NCBI GenBank assembly: GCA_050115495.1
Contig: JASFQK010000013.1
Span: 84,844-148,843 of the forward strand
Source: Phycisphaerae bacterium
GTDB taxonomy: Bacteria; Planctomycetota; Phycisphaerae; UBA1845; Fen-1342
DNA: 64,000 nt
Reading direction: 5' to 3'
The notes below the pieces were generated by a model. The model worked only from the letters and a program-made list of their open reading frames with translations. It was not told the DNA's origin and searched no databases. The translations under genes and the position numbers were made by a program. Shown here one piece after another: positions 20,842 through 31,064 of this stretch (positions are counted from its first letter, which is position 1; each line of letters opens with the position of its first letter).

Positions 20842-22041
20842 TCAGATCGCCGCGGTCAGGCGTTGCAGGAGGGATACCACGAACAGCGCGGTGAAGTTCA
20901 GCGTGACGGCGTAGGCGATGGCTGCCTTCCACCAGATCGGCCGCACGCGCGGGGCTCCCAGGGCGATCAGCAACATCAGAATGGGCAGATAGTCGAGCGT
21001 GAAGCGCTGGGCGTTTGTCTGGGCGTAGCCGTTGTTGTAGTAGAACAGGCCGTTCACGACCGCCAGCGTCACCGCCAGCCACGCCGCCCACAGCTTCGGC
21101 CGGTCCCAGCGAGCCAGGAACGCCAGGAAGATGAACGGGCTGGCAAACGTCACCGACGTTCCAAGCGGGTCCATCTCCGCCACGCTCAGATACATCGGCG
21201 GCGCGAAGTCGATGCGGAAGCCCTGGAGCAGCAGGTGCACCAGGTTGAACGGCACGTACGCCGGGTGGAACAGGCCGTAGCGATTGACGCGTTCCTGGAG
21301 AAAGCCCTCCAGCGGCATGAATGCGTAACCGGTTTCGAGCGGGTTACCGAAGCGAACCCAGTTGAGGTACAGGTACACGCCCGCACACAGCGCCAGCGGC
21401 AGGGCAAAGCCGACGCCGTGCAGGATTTGCCGCGGCACGGACAAGTGCCGGCGATGCTGCCACAACAGCACGGCCGGGAAGATCGCCGCGTACACGCACA
21501 GATGTCGCGACAGGAATGCCAACCCGCAGCACAGGCCGACCAGCGGCGTGCGGGCCCGGCCCATCGCCTCGCGGATCGCCAGCAGCAGGCATGCGACGGC
21601 GACCATATGTGCGAAATGCCATGACTCGTACGCCCGGAACAGGGACGTCGTGTACGCCGTTCCCAGGAAGAAGCCGGCGAGTAGCCACACCCGCAGTTCG
21701 GGATCGACCTCCATCTTGCGCAGGATGCTGCGCAGCACGAGGAAGCTGAGGAGCGTCAGCAGCAGGCTGACGACGGTCGTGCGGGCCTCGTCGCCGAAGA
21801 TGGCCACCAGCGGCGTGATCAGGACGGCAGGGAAGGGAGGGAAGACGACGTAGTGCTTGCCGTTGAAGGTGGCGACGTCGCCGAAGGGCTCGTCAATATC
21901 GAGCCGGCCGTGGAGAAACGCGCGAGCCAGGTGGACGTAGTGTTTGTGCTCGCCGGTGGGGGCCCAGAGCCGCGGCCAGACGTCCCATCCGACGGCGAGC
22001 AGCAGGGCGATGATGATGACCGTGCGGCCGTAACGAGCCAC
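20842..22041 (-). CDS. Polytopic membrane protein, probable GT-C-fold glycosyltransferase
   Basis: About 10 TM helices; LARAFLHGRL, YVVFPPFPA, NWVRFGNPLETGY and QRFTLDYLP motifs. Start is GTG 22041 or TTG 22047. Confidence 0.7.
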   Translation of the reverse strand: MARYGRTVIIIALLLAVGWDVWPRLWAPTGEHKHYVHLARAFLHGRLDIDEPFGDVATFNGKHYVVFPPFPAVLITPLVAIFGDEARTTVVSLLLTLLSFLVLRSILRKMEVDPELRVWLLAGFFLGTAYTTSLFRAYESWHFAHMVAVACLLLAIREAMGRARTPLVGLCCGLAFLSRHLCVYAAIFPAVLLWQHRRHLSVPRQILHGVGFALPLALCAGVYLYLNWVRFGNPLETGYAFMPLEGFLQERVNRYGLFHPAYVPFNLVHLLLQGFRIDFAPPMYLSVAEMDPLGTSVTFASPFIFLAFLARWDRPKLWAAWLAVTLAVVNGLFYYNNGYAQTNAQRFTLDYLPILMLLIALGAPRVRPIWWKAAIAYAVTLNFTALFVVSLLQRLTAAI

Positions 22042-22054
22042 GAGCAATCCTCAC

Positions 22055-22505
22055 GTAGCGGCCGGGCTCCGCACCGGACGTCTTCGCACCGTCCGACCTT
22101 CGTGTCGGCCGTCGATCACCAACCGGGCGCCGCCCGCGCGTAGCGTCGGCCCCCCGTGGCCGACGTCGATCACCGACAACCGTCCGTCCTCGCAATCTCC
22201 GTAGCGGCCGACCTCCGTGTCGGCCGTCGATCGCCGACAAACGCACATCTCCGCGGCGAATCGCCAGCACTGCTCAAGAGCAGTGGCACACCGGGGCGTT
22301 GCGCGGAAAGCGTACCATCATGCACCGGTTCGGGCTATGCGGGGAAGGCGGACGGAGCGATCGGCACTGGTGGACAAGCCACCTGTGGCACCCGCGTGCT
22401 GCTCCCAAATAGCTGTGTGGCATGCCCAAGTCGTGGGCGCGGGCATGAGGACCTTCACGCCCGCGCTGCGCTTGGACATGCCACACAGGAAGGGGCATGC
22501 CACAG
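22055..22505 (+). repeat. Mosaic REP-like palindrome array C
   Basis: GTAG-led hairpins at 22055, 22140 and 22201; GGCACTGGTGGACAAGCCACCTGTGGCACC; TGTGGCATGCCCAAG...CTTGGACATGCCACA. Confidence 0.75.
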
Positions 22506-22520
22506 AGGATCCGCCGTCAG

Positions 22521-23135
22521 CTAGCCGCCGACGCGCGGGGCCTGGATGTTGTCGGCCCGCTCGGTCTCGTCCGGGGCGTACGTCTTGATGAGCTCGGCCG
22601 CCTCCCGGCGCAGGGCCTCGTAATCGGCGAGCTTCAGCGTCTTCCCGCCGGCGGTGACGGCCTTGCGCACGTTCTCCGTCGGGACCGGCGTGATGCTGGC
22701 GGCTACGGCCTGCTGCGTCTGCTGCCGGATCTTCTCCGCGGTGACGCGTTCGGGCAGGTCAGGATCGCCGAACCAGGCCAGGGCTTTCTCGAGATCGACC
22801 TCGCCGGGGACGATGGCCACGACGTGGCCGGACACGTAGCCGACGTTGACGCGTTCGGCGGTTTGGTCGCCGACGTAGAGCACAGGTTCGGCCGTCTGGC
22901 GCGGGTAGACGAGGTCGGGGTTGACCTTGAGCACGAGGAGCAGGCCGCTGTCTACCTTAGGCTGCTCGGCGCGCCAGGTGCTGGCGTAGGCCTTCTCCAG
23001 CGTAAACGGCTGAACGTAGAGGATGTCATCGACGGACGCCGGAGTGGCGGGCACCGGCGGCGCGCCGGCCGAAGCGATGAGCACGGACATGGTGGCCAGC
23101 AGGCCGGCCAGGGTCAGTTGCTTGGTCTTGGTCAT
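22521..23135 (-). CDS. Hypothetical secreted protein
   Basis: AAGGA RBS; signal peptide; 204 aa; directly downstream of the large hydrolase gene. Confidence 0.8.
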   Translation of the reverse strand: MTKTKQLTLAGLLATMSVLIASAGAPPVPATPASVDDILYVQPFTLEKAYASTWRAEQPKVDSGLLLVLKVNPDLVYPRQTAEPVLYVGDQTAERVNVGYVSGHVVAIVPGEVDLEKALAWFGDPDLPERVTAEKIRQQTQQAVAASITPVPTENVRKAVTAGGKTLKLADYEALRREAAELIKTYAPDETERADNIQAPRVGG

Positions 23136-23180
23136 GGGTCGATATCCTTTCGCATCTCGCGTGATGGCTCAGATTCCCGG

Positions 23181-26100
23181 CTAGTCGCAGCCGAACGAGG
23201 ACAGGCGCACATCGTCGATGTTCCAGCCGCAGTATTGCCAACTCGTGTCCGTGGTCCCCATGGTCCAGCGGATGTACACGGTGGCTTGGTTGGCGGCGAT
23301 GCTGGAAATGTCGAACTCCTGGTAGTTCCACGACGAGTCGGTGATCTCCGCGGCGTTCGTCCAGACGGTGGTCCAACTGCTACCGTTCGTGCTGACGCGG
23401 ACGTACGCGTGGTCATACCGCGGCTGCTCGACGCCCAGCCAGCGATAGAAGGACAGGTGGACGTTGTCGTAACCGGTGCAGTTGATGGCTGGCGTGGTCA
23501 GGTGGCGTTCGGGAAGGTTGTTCTCGTAGTCGCCACTGAGGTTGTAGCCGTAAACATTCGGGCCGGTGAAGCCGCTGGTGGGATCGTTTTCGCCGTACTG
23601 CCCGCCGCCGCCGGTCGGCTGACCGTAGGCCCAGAGCCCCTGCGTGGTCCAGCCGGGGTCGCTGTCCATGGTCTCGACGATGAAGTCGGTGAACGTGCCG
23701 ACCATGGGGCCGTAGACATACGCCGGCGCCCCGGGCGGGTCGGTGATGAGGCCGCTCTCCGAGCCCTCGGCGGAGACGTAGAACTCGGGCGTTTCGCTGC
23801 ACGTCGCACCGGGCAGCTCCTGCTCGAACACATCGTCGCCGACCGCGTTGAGCGGCAGCGTGAGGAAGGCGTTGCCGTCATAGCGGTAGTGCAGCAGGGC
23901 CGTGCCGGGCACGTAGGTCTCGTTGGCGGCGGCGATGCGCACCTGGAGCGTATAGGGTGTATTGGGCGGCAGGTACTGCGGGGCGTTGAGCACGCGGACG
24001 GTGAGGCCGCCGGGCCCACGGTCCTTGCTGAGCTGCAAGTCGTCGAGGGCGACGCGGCCGCGGCTGGAGCCGTAGCTCGAGCCGAAGTCGAAGCGGACGT
24101 GCTGGACGTCGGTGAGGTCGAGGGCCGCGCCGTTGTGCAGGAAGTCGGTCAGCCGGATGCGGATGGTCTCGAACTCGTTCTGCCAGCCGGCGCCGCTGCC
24201 GTCACCGGTGCGCTGATAGGGCTCTTCGATGCCGCCGCCATAGGCGCCGATATTGATACTGCTGCTGTAGCCGTCGCCGTCTTCGAGGGCCACCGTGAAG
24301 GTCAGGTCGCCGAGCTCGGCGACGGTTTGAGTGTGGCGCGTGCCCTGGCAGGCGCGGAAGGAGAGGAAGGCGTAGTCGGAGAAGTCGTTGGCCCCGGGGA
24401 CGACGGTGAAGTCGAGATAGCGGTCCGCCGTCGTGGTCCAGTCGAAGACGAGACCCGCGGTCGTGTCCGTGGTACGGGCCCGCGTCATGCCGTTCATCGG
24501 ATCGTCGGTGGACCAGGTGAACGAGCCGTCGACGTCGTTCATCAGGCCTTCCCACGGGTTCTGCACGTTGTAGGCCACCGCGCCGCCGGAGCTGCTGATC
24601 GTCAGCGACGGCTCCGACTGAAAGTCGTCGATCACGAAGCCGCCGGCGGCCGCCGGTTCCTTGTACTCGCGATCGATGGTGTCGCTGGCGGCGACGCCGA
24701 TGGGCTTGAGCGCCTCGTTCTGCCGCCAGAGGAAATCCTTGGCGGGGATGTTGGCTTCGACGTAGTGCTGGATGAGGGCCAGGTAGGCACCCTTGGCGAC
24801 CTGCTGCGCCTCGGGGCGGCCGATGGCCGTGCCGGGCGGTCCCTCGAAGTCGTTGACGCCGCAGCAGTTGAAGTCATTGTGGTCGGCGCCGTGCACGTAG
24901 GTCACCTGGCGGAAGCCGGTGGCCCGCTCGTACACGTTGAACGAGTCGGCGATGTCGTTGTCGGGATAGCCGCCGACGTCGCCGTCCGCCGCACCGTAGA
25001 TCAGGTGGTAAGGCACGCCGTGCGGGTCGGCGTTGCCCGTGCCGAGGAAGTCGGTCGGAGCGATGCTGCTGACCAGCACGATGTCATCGAGCGTGAAGTA
25101 GGAGGGCGTGTACGTGCCGTCATAGACGCGGTCGTAGGCCCGGGCGACGCCCTCGCCACCGCGGCTGTGGCCGATCCAGACGATGCGGGTGGTGTCGATG
25201 TGGCCGTCGAAGATGCCGCCGTTGATCGTGTCCAGGTGGTCGAGGAAGTAGTCGGTGTTGGTCAGCGTGGTCGTCGAGGCCGACTCGATGCCCGGCTGCG
25301 TGTTGTTCTGGTGGCTCATGACCACGTAGCCGTAGGAGGCCAGGTGCGACTGGAGATAGTCGTACCACGTGTAGTCGTGGCCGTTGCCGTGGCTGATGAC
25401 GATCAGCGGAAGCTGGCCGAGCGAGGCGATGGCCGTCGGGTACCAGGTGCGCTGGCCGAGCCACGAGCCGCCGCTGTACGTGATGGACGTCGTGGCCAGC
25501 GGGCCGGCCTGCGTGAGGTCGTGCACGACGTAGAACCCGGCGGCGGAGCTGCGGCCGTCGATGTAGTCGCCGCCGCTGAGCACGCCGTCCTGGTCGCAGT
25601 CGAGCACCACGTCATAGCTGACGCCCAGGCCGGTGCCGGCGTCGGCGTCCAGCGTGCCCGTATCGAGCACGATCGTGTTGTCCTGGATCGTCGTGCCGCC
25701 GAACGCCACGGTCTGCGGTCCGCCCGTCCGCACGTCGACCAGCGCCGGATCAGTCTGCCAGTCCGCGGCCGTCTTGCTGGCCACCACGTACACGTCGGCC
25801 GTCGTGCCGATGATGTCCGGGTACATGGTCGGATCGATGGCCATCTCGACCGACTTGCCGGCGTTGAACGCACTCACGTACGTGAAGTACGGGTACGCCG
25901 CCAGCGAGTTGCCCGCCAGCTCCACGTCGTGCACCGGCCCGCCGTTCAGCAGCAACTGCACGAACGGGCTGATGTCGAAGTTATCGACCGCGCCGTCGCC
26001 GTTCACGTCGGCGTGCATGTGGTCGCAATCAGGATAGAGGGCGTAGTATTCGAGGTAGTCCGGTGGGGTGGCGGTCAGGGCGAGCACGAATGGGCTGATG

Positions 26101-26219
26101 TCGAAGTTATCGACCGCCCCGTCACAATTGAGATCGCCGGTCAGCGCCATGGTCGGTCCGGACAGTGCCGGCAACACAACCAGGGCCGCCAACGTCATAA
26201 AAACGCGGGCCTTGCGCAT
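23181..26219 (-). CDS. Large secreted protein: N-terminal dockerin-like tag, alpha/beta hydrolase domain, C-terminal beta-sandwich domains
   Basis: Signal peptide; [17 protein letters not shown]...[27 protein letters not shown] and WIGHSRGGEG nucleophile elbow; GWNIDDVRL C-terminus. Confidence 0.85.
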   Translation of the reverse strand: MRKARVFMTLAALVVLPALSGPTMALTGDLNCDGAVDNFDISPFVLALTATPPDYLEYYALYPDCDHMHADVNGDGAVDNFDISPFVQLLLNGGPVHDVELAGNSLAAYPYFTYVSAFNAGKSVEMAIDPTMYPDIIGTTADVYVVASKTAADWQTDPALVDVRTGGPQTVAFGGTTIQDNTIVLDTGTLDADAGTGLGVSYDVVLDCDQDGVLSGGDYIDGRSSAAGFYVVHDLTQAGPLATTSITYSGGSWLGQRTWYPTAIASLGQLPLIVISHGNGHDYTWYDYLQSHLASYGYVVMSHQNNTQPGIESASTTTLTNTDYFLDHLDTINGGIFDGHIDTTRIVWIGHSRGGEGVARAYDRVYDGTYTPSYFTLDDIVLVSSIAPTDFLGTGNADPHGVPYHLIYGAADGDVGGYPDNDIADSFNVYERATGFRQVTYVHGADHNDFNCCGVNDFEGPPGTAIGRPEAQQVAKGAYLALIQHYVEANIPAKDFLWRQNEALKPIGVAASDTIDREYKEPAAAGGFVIDDFQSEPSLTISSSGGAVAYNVQNPWEGLMNDVDGSFTWSTDDPMNGMTRARTTDTTAGLVFDWTTTADRYLDFTVVPGANDFSDYAFLSFRACQGTRHTQTVAELGDLTFTVALEDGDGYSSSINIGAYGGGIEEPYQRTGDGSGAGWQNEFETIRIRLTDFLHNGAALDLTDVQHVRFDFGSSYGSSRGRVALDDLQLSKDRGPGGLTVRVLNAPQYLPPNTPYTLQVRIAAANETYVPGTALLHYRYDGNAFLTLPLNAVGDDVFEQELPGATCSETPEFYVSAEGSESGLITDPPGAPAYVYGPMVGTFTDFIVETMDSDPGWTTQGLWAYGQPTGGGGQYGENDPTSGFTGPNVYGYNLSGDYENNLPERHLTTPAINCTGYDNVHLSFYRWLGVEQPRYDHAYVRVSTNGSSWTTVWTNAAEITDSSWNYQEFDISSIAANQATVYIRWTMGTTDTSWQYCGWNIDDVRLSSFGCD

Positions 26220-26464
26220 GTATTCACCTTTCTCCTGGGAAGCTTCTTCGTGGGCGGGATCCCGGCCCAGCGCTGTGCCGGTGGACCACACCTCCATGTT
26301 CCTACTCTAGCGGGGTGGGCAAGGCCGTCAAAGGACAATCACCAGCGGGCTGTCCCCGTGCCAGACCACGCCGCCGGACCCCCGGCATCTGTGCTCCGCC
26401 ACGCAGTCTTTTGTTGCCGATGAGTTTGTAGCTGAGTATTATCCAAGGTCTGGGGACGGGGGGC

Positions 26465-28732
26465 GTGGCTTATCTCAGGAGACGGCTCATTCGAACGCGG
26501 GTGTCGGAACTTGTGAGCAGAGGGGGATCGTCGGGTCGAGGCAGGTCCAGGGCGGGCCGGCATGGCTGGTGTCTACTGGCCGTCGGCGTGGCCTTGCTGT
26601 GTTTCCCGGAGCCAGCACAAGCTTATATCGGACCTGGAGCCGGCTTCGCCGTCGGCACCACCCTCGTCACCCTCTTCTTCGCCGTCATCTCCGCCATCGG
26701 CGCTCTCTTTGTCTGGCCCTTCCGCTGGGTCTTCCGCGTGATTCGGCGAACGCGGGCGCACGCCAAGGCCCGCGTGCGGCGATTCGTCATTCTGGGCCTT
26801 GACGGTCTCGAACCCTCACTCGTCGAACGCTTCATGGCCGAAGGCAAGCTGCCGAACTTCGCCAAGCTGAAAGAGCAGGGGTCGTTCATGCGGCTCGGCA
26901 CGACCGCGCCGCCACTGTCGCCCGTGGCCTGGTCCTCGTTCCTGACGAGCTGCAACCCGGGCAAACACAACATCTTCGACTTTCTGACCCGCGATACGCA
27001 CAACTACCTGCCACTGCTCTCCTCCGTTCGCATCAGCGGCCCTCAGCGGACGATGAAGGTCGGTCCGTACCGCATCCCCCTCGGCAAGCCCGACATCCGC
27101 CTGCTCCGCAAAGGCAAGCCCTTCTGGAACACCCTCGGCGAGCACGGCGTCTTCAGCAACATCCTGCGCGTCCCCATCACCTTCCCGCCCGAGAAGTTCC
27201 GCGGCGTGCTCCTGTCGGCCATGTGCGTGCCGGATTTGCGCGGCAGCCAGGGTACCTTCTCGTACTACTCGACCGCGTCCAGCGTCGAAGAGGAGTACAT
27301 CGGCGGCGAGCAGATCCGCGTGCAGCGCGACGGCGACGTCGTCCGCTCGCACCTTGTCGGCCCGGAGAACACGTTCAAGGACAAGGCCGGCGCGATGCGC
27401 TGCCCGTTCGAGGTGCGCATCACCGGCCACGGCACCGCCGTCCTCAAGGTCTCCGGCGAGACCGTTCCACTGAAGCTCGGCGAGTACACCCCGTGGGTCA
27501 AGGTGACGTTCCGCCCCGGCCTCGGCGTGAAGGTGCGCGGCATCTGCGAGTTCCTCCTGCTCGAAATCGAGCCCGAGTTTCGCCTGTACGTCACGCCCAT
27601 TCAGATCGACCCCAACAATCCGGCGATGCCCATCTCGCAGCCGACCGTCTTCGCCACGTACCTCAGCAAGCTGCTGGGCACGTACGCGACGCTCGGGTTG
27701 GCGGAGGATACCTGGGGGCTGAACGCTCGCGTTCTCGACGATGAGGCTTTCTTGCACCAGTGTCTCGAAACGGACGGCGAGCGCGAGAAGATGTTCCTCG
27801 ACGCCCTGGAGAAGACGCGGCACGGTCTGTGCGTGTGCGTCTTCGACGGCCCCGACCGCATCCAGCACATGTTCTGGCGTTACCTCGACGAGCAGCACCC
27901 CGCCCGCCACGGCCAGGGCGGCCGCGAGCGCCGCAACGCCATCGAGGAGATGTACGTCCGCATGGACCGCCTCGTTGGCGAGACCATGCGCCGCTGCAAC
28001 GATCGCCACACCGTGCTGGCCGTCATCTCCGACCACGGCTTCAGCCCCTTCCGCCGCGGCATCGACCTCAACCGCTGGCTCGAAGAGAACGGCTACCTCA
28101 AGCTCAAAGAGGGCGGCCGCGGGCAGAAGTATCTCGCTGGCGTCGACTGGTCCCAGACGAAGGCCTACTGCCTCGGCCTGGCCGGCATCTGGCTCAACGT
28201 GCGCGGCCGTGAGGCCCAGGGCATCGTCGAGCCCACCGACGCCGCGGCCTTGCGTCAGGAGATCATCGGCAAGCTCGGCGGCCTGCGCGACGAGCAGGCC
28301 GGCGAAGTCGCCATCACCCGCGTGTTCGACGCCCACCAGATCTACCGCGGCCCCTACAGCCAGGCGGCCCCGGACCTGATCATCGGCTACAACCGCGGTT
28401 ATCGCGTCTGCTGGGAGGCCGCCATCGGCCAGCCCACCGACACGCTGTTCCACGACAACACCAAGGCCTGGAGCGGCGACCACTGCATCGATCCCAAGCT
28501 CGTGCCGGGAATCTTCTTCTGCAACCGGCGCATCGGCACCGAACAGCCGCACCTGACCGACCTCGGCGCGACGGTGCTCGACATGTTCGGCGTGCGCACC
28601 CCGTCGCACATGGACGGGCGGCCACTGAAGGTGGCCAACGCGGATGGAACCTTCCCCAATGGGCATCAGGCGGGGCGAGCCAAACGCAGCGCGGCACCAC
28701 AACCAACGGTCGCCGCCGGAAAGGAGCGCTGA
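26465..28732 (+). CDS. Alkaline-phosphatase-superfamily protein (type I phosphodiesterase/NPP-like), membrane-anchored
   Basis: ILGLDGL, PPLSPVAWSSF, DRIQHMFW, ISDHGF and WSGDH motifs; N-terminal AYIGPGAG plus TM. Start uncertain (26465 or 26513). Confidence 0.85.
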   Translation: MAYLRRRLIRTRVSELVSRGGSSGRGRSRAGRHGWCLLAVGVALLCFPEPAQAYIGPGAGFAVGTTLVTLFFAVISAIGALFVWPFRWVFRVIRRTRAHAKARVRRFVILGLDGLEPSLVERFMAEGKLPNFAKLKEQGSFMRLGTTAPPLSPVAWSSFLTSCNPGKHNIFDFLTRDTHNYLPLLSSVRISGPQRTMKVGPYRIPLGKPDIRLLRKGKPFWNTLGEHGVFSNILRVPITFPPEKFRGVLLSAMCVPDLRGSQGTFSYYSTASSVEEEYIGGEQIRVQRDGDVVRSHLVGPENTFKDKAGAMRCPFEVRITGHGTAVLKVSGETVPLKLGEYTPWVKVTFRPGLGVKVRGICEFLLLEIEPEFRLYVTPIQIDPNNPAMPISQPTVFATYLSKLLGTYATLGLAEDTWGLNARVLDDEAFLHQCLETDGEREKMFLDALEKTRHGLCVCVFDGPDRIQHMFWRYLDEQHPARHGQGGRERRNAIEEMYVRMDRLVGETMRRCNDRHTVLAVISDHGFSPFRRGIDLNRWLEENGYLKLKEGGRGQKYLAGVDWSQTKAYCLGLAGIWLNVRGREAQGIVEPTDAAALRQEIIGKLGGLRDEQAGEVAITRVFDAHQIYRGPYSQAAPDLIIGYNRGYRVCWEAAIGQPTDTLFHDNTKAWSGDHCIDPKLVPGIFFCNRRIGTEQPHLTDLGATVLDMFGVRTPSHMDGRPLKVANADGTFPNGHQAGRAKRSAAPQPTVAAGKER

Positions 28733-28735
28733 GCC

Positions 28736-30793
28736 ATGTCGCAAGAGCCGACGAGGATCAGCCGCAGACGTTTCATGGAGTTGGCCGGGGCCACGAGTCT
28801 GGCCTCGATGGTCCTGTTCTCGGAAGGTTGCAGCAGCCGGACGAAGCCGCGCGGCCGGGCCAATGGCAAACGCGTGATCGTGCTCGGTATCGACGGCGTC
28901 GATCCGCTGTTGTGCGAGCGGCTCATGGACGCCGGTCGCATGCCCAACTTCCAGCGGCTGCGGGCGGCGGGGGGCTACCGGCGGCTGGGGACGAGCATTC
29001 CGCCACAGAGCCCGGTGGCCTGGGCCAACTTCATCACCGGGGCGAATCCCGGCGCGCACGGCATCTTCGACTTCATCCACCGCGACCCGACGCAACAGTG
29101 CGTGCCGTACTTCGCCGCCGCCCAGACCACGGAGAGCGAGGACGGCTGGGAAGTCGGTGAGCATAAGATCCCGCTGACGTTCTGGCCCTTCAACCACGCG
29201 GCGGGCGGAACGAATCTGCGACGCGAAGGAACGGCGTTCTGGGACTACCTCGACGAAGCCGGCATCCCGGCGTGGATCTACGACATCCCGTCGAACTACC
29301 CACCGAGCCCGTCGCGCTACGGTAACCAGTTCAGCTTGGCCGGCATGGGTACGCCGGACCTGTTCGGCAGCTACGGCACCTATCAACACTTCTCGACGAA
29401 ACACCTGCGGACGCGGCAGGACGGCGGGGGCATGCGTTGCCCGCTGCGCTTCGTGGACGATGTGGCCACGGGCAAGCTGGTCGGGCCGCAGAACACGATG
29501 CTGAAGAAGCCGGTGGACACGGAGATCGAGTTCCAGATCTACCGCCACCCGAAAGAGCAGGTGGCCCGCATCGAGCTTCAGGGACGGACGATCGTGCTGC
29601 GGGCGGGCGAGTGGAGCGGCTGGGAGCGGCTCTCGTTCCCGCTCGAGATGCCCAGGTTCCTGCCCAACGAGCACGTGCCCGCCATCTGCCGCTTCTACCT
29701 TCAGGAAGTGCACCCCAACTTCCGCCTCTACGTCTCGCCACTGAACATCGATCCGGCCGATCCTGGCGACCAGCGCATCAGCACGCCGAAGGACTTCGTG
29801 GAGAACATTGCCGACGAGCTTGGTCCGTTCTACACCACCGGCTTCCAGGAAGACCACAAGGCCCTGTCCAACGGCGTGTTCACCGACGACGAGTACCGCA
29901 CGCAGGCCGACTACGTGCTGAAAGAGCGACTGAACCTACTCGACTACGCCCTGCGGCACTACGAGGACGGGTTCCTGTTCTTCTACATCTCCAGCACCGA
30001 CCTGCAAGCGCATATGTTCTGGTGGGACACCGACGAGAAGCACCCGATCCGCGACACGGAGGCGGCCCGCAAGGGCCAGGCCGTCATCGAGGACCTGTAC
30101 GCCCGGATGGACGGCCTGCTGGGCGACATGCAGAAGCGCTACCCGGACGCCACGCTCATGGTCGTATCGGACCACGGCTTCTGCCACTTCCGCCGACAGT
30201 TCAACCTGAACACCTGGCTGCGGGATGAGGGCTACATCGGGCCGTCGAACTGCGACTCGCTCTTCGCCTCGCGGCGGGGCTGGGACGTCGACTGGAACCG
30301 CACGAGGGCCTACGGCCTCGGCCTCAACGGGTTATACTTGAACCTGCGCGGGCGCGAGCGCTACGGCATCGTGGAGGAATCCGAGCGCGACGCCCTGCTC
30401 GAAGAGATCCGCACGAAGTTGCTCGCCGTGCGCGACCCGGAGAACGGGGAGCTGGCGATCGCCAACGTGTACCGTGCCGGCCAGGTGTACAGCGGCGACT
30501 TCGTCGGCCGGGCGCCGGACCTCATCATCGGCTACGCCCGCGGCTATCGTTACGCGTGGGCGACGGCCCTCGGCTCGATGAGCAGAGAGGTATTCAGCGA
30601 CAACGACATGGCCTGGAGCGCCGACCACTGCATGGCTGCCGAGCAGCTTCCCGGCGTGGTGTTCAGCTCCAAGCCGATCCACCACGACCAGCCGGCCCTG
30701 ACCGACATGGGCCCGACGATCCTGGAGGAGTTCGGCGTTACGCCGCCGAAGACCATGACCGGTCGCAGCATTCTGCGACCGCCGACTGCGTAG
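28736..30793 (+). CDS. Alkaline-phosphatase-superfamily protein (NPP-like) with a Tat-like signal
   Basis: SRRRFM twin-arginine motif; VLGIDGV, PPQSPVAWANF, VSDHGF and WSADH; AAGGAG RBS. Confidence 0.88.
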   Translation: MSQEPTRISRRRFMELAGATSLASMVLFSEGCSSRTKPRGRANGKRVIVLGIDGVDPLLCERLMDAGRMPNFQRLRAAGGYRRLGTSIPPQSPVAWANFITGANPGAHGIFDFIHRDPTQQCVPYFAAAQTTESEDGWEVGEHKIPLTFWPFNHAAGGTNLRREGTAFWDYLDEAGIPAWIYDIPSNYPPSPSRYGNQFSLAGMGTPDLFGSYGTYQHFSTKHLRTRQDGGGMRCPLRFVDDVATGKLVGPQNTMLKKPVDTEIEFQIYRHPKEQVARIELQGRTIVLRAGEWSGWERLSFPLEMPRFLPNEHVPAICRFYLQEVHPNFRLYVSPLNIDPADPGDQRISTPKDFVENIADELGPFYTTGFQEDHKALSNGVFTDDEYRTQADYVLKERLNLLDYALRHYEDGFLFFYISSTDLQAHMFWWDTDEKHPIRDTEAARKGQAVIEDLYARMDGLLGDMQKRYPDATLMVVSDHGFCHFRRQFNLNTWLRDEGYIGPSNCDSLFASRRGWDVDWNRTRAYGLGLNGLYLNLRGRERYGIVEESERDALLEEIRTKLLAVRDPENGELAIANVYRAGQVYSGDFVGRAPDLIIGYARGYRYAWATALGSMSREVFSDNDMAWSADHCMAAEQLPGVVFSSKPIHHDQPALTDMGPTILEEFGVTPPKTMTGRSILRPPTA

Positions 30794-30822
30794 ACGGGTG
30801 CGATGAGGAAGGAGTAACACGG

Positions 30823-31005
30823 GTGCCGAAGATCAAGATCGACGCCAACCTGTACGAGCGGATCAAGAAGGTCGCCAAGCTGGCGGGATACTCCTCGCCG
30901 GACGAGTTCATCATCCACGTCATCGAGAAGGAGCTCGGCGCGCTCGAGTCGGAGAACGACCAGGAGGTTGTCGATCGCCTCCGCGGGCTGGGCTACCTGG
31001 AGTAG
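30823..31005 (+). CDS. Small hypothetical protein (60 aa), ribbon-helix-helix-like N-terminus and LRGLGYLE tail
   Basis: AAGGAG RBS then GTG 30823; KIKIDANLYERIKKVAKLAGYSSPDEFIIHVIEKEL; genome-like codon usage. Confidence 0.75.
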   Translation: MPKIKIDANLYERIKKVAKLAGYSSPDEFIIHVIEKELGALESENDQEVVDRLRGLGYLE

Positions 31006-31064
31006 CCTCTCGCACCGATGCGGGACGGGCTTCTCGTGGTTGAGGTCGACCGGGGATCCGCCGG

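Noticed and set aside
22497..26423. 1308-aa plus-strand ORF and other long antisense ORFs (e.g. 26816-29857, 35382-38294, 39907-41994)
   Set aside because: Shadow ORFs opposite well-supported genes, as expected in high-GC DNA; they contain no recognisable motifs.
28730..28738. Selenocysteine read-through fusing the two in-frame NPP genes (TGA GCC ATG)
   Set aside because: The second gene has its own AAGGAG RBS and signal peptide, and the TGA ends a low-complexity tail rather than occupying a catalytic position.
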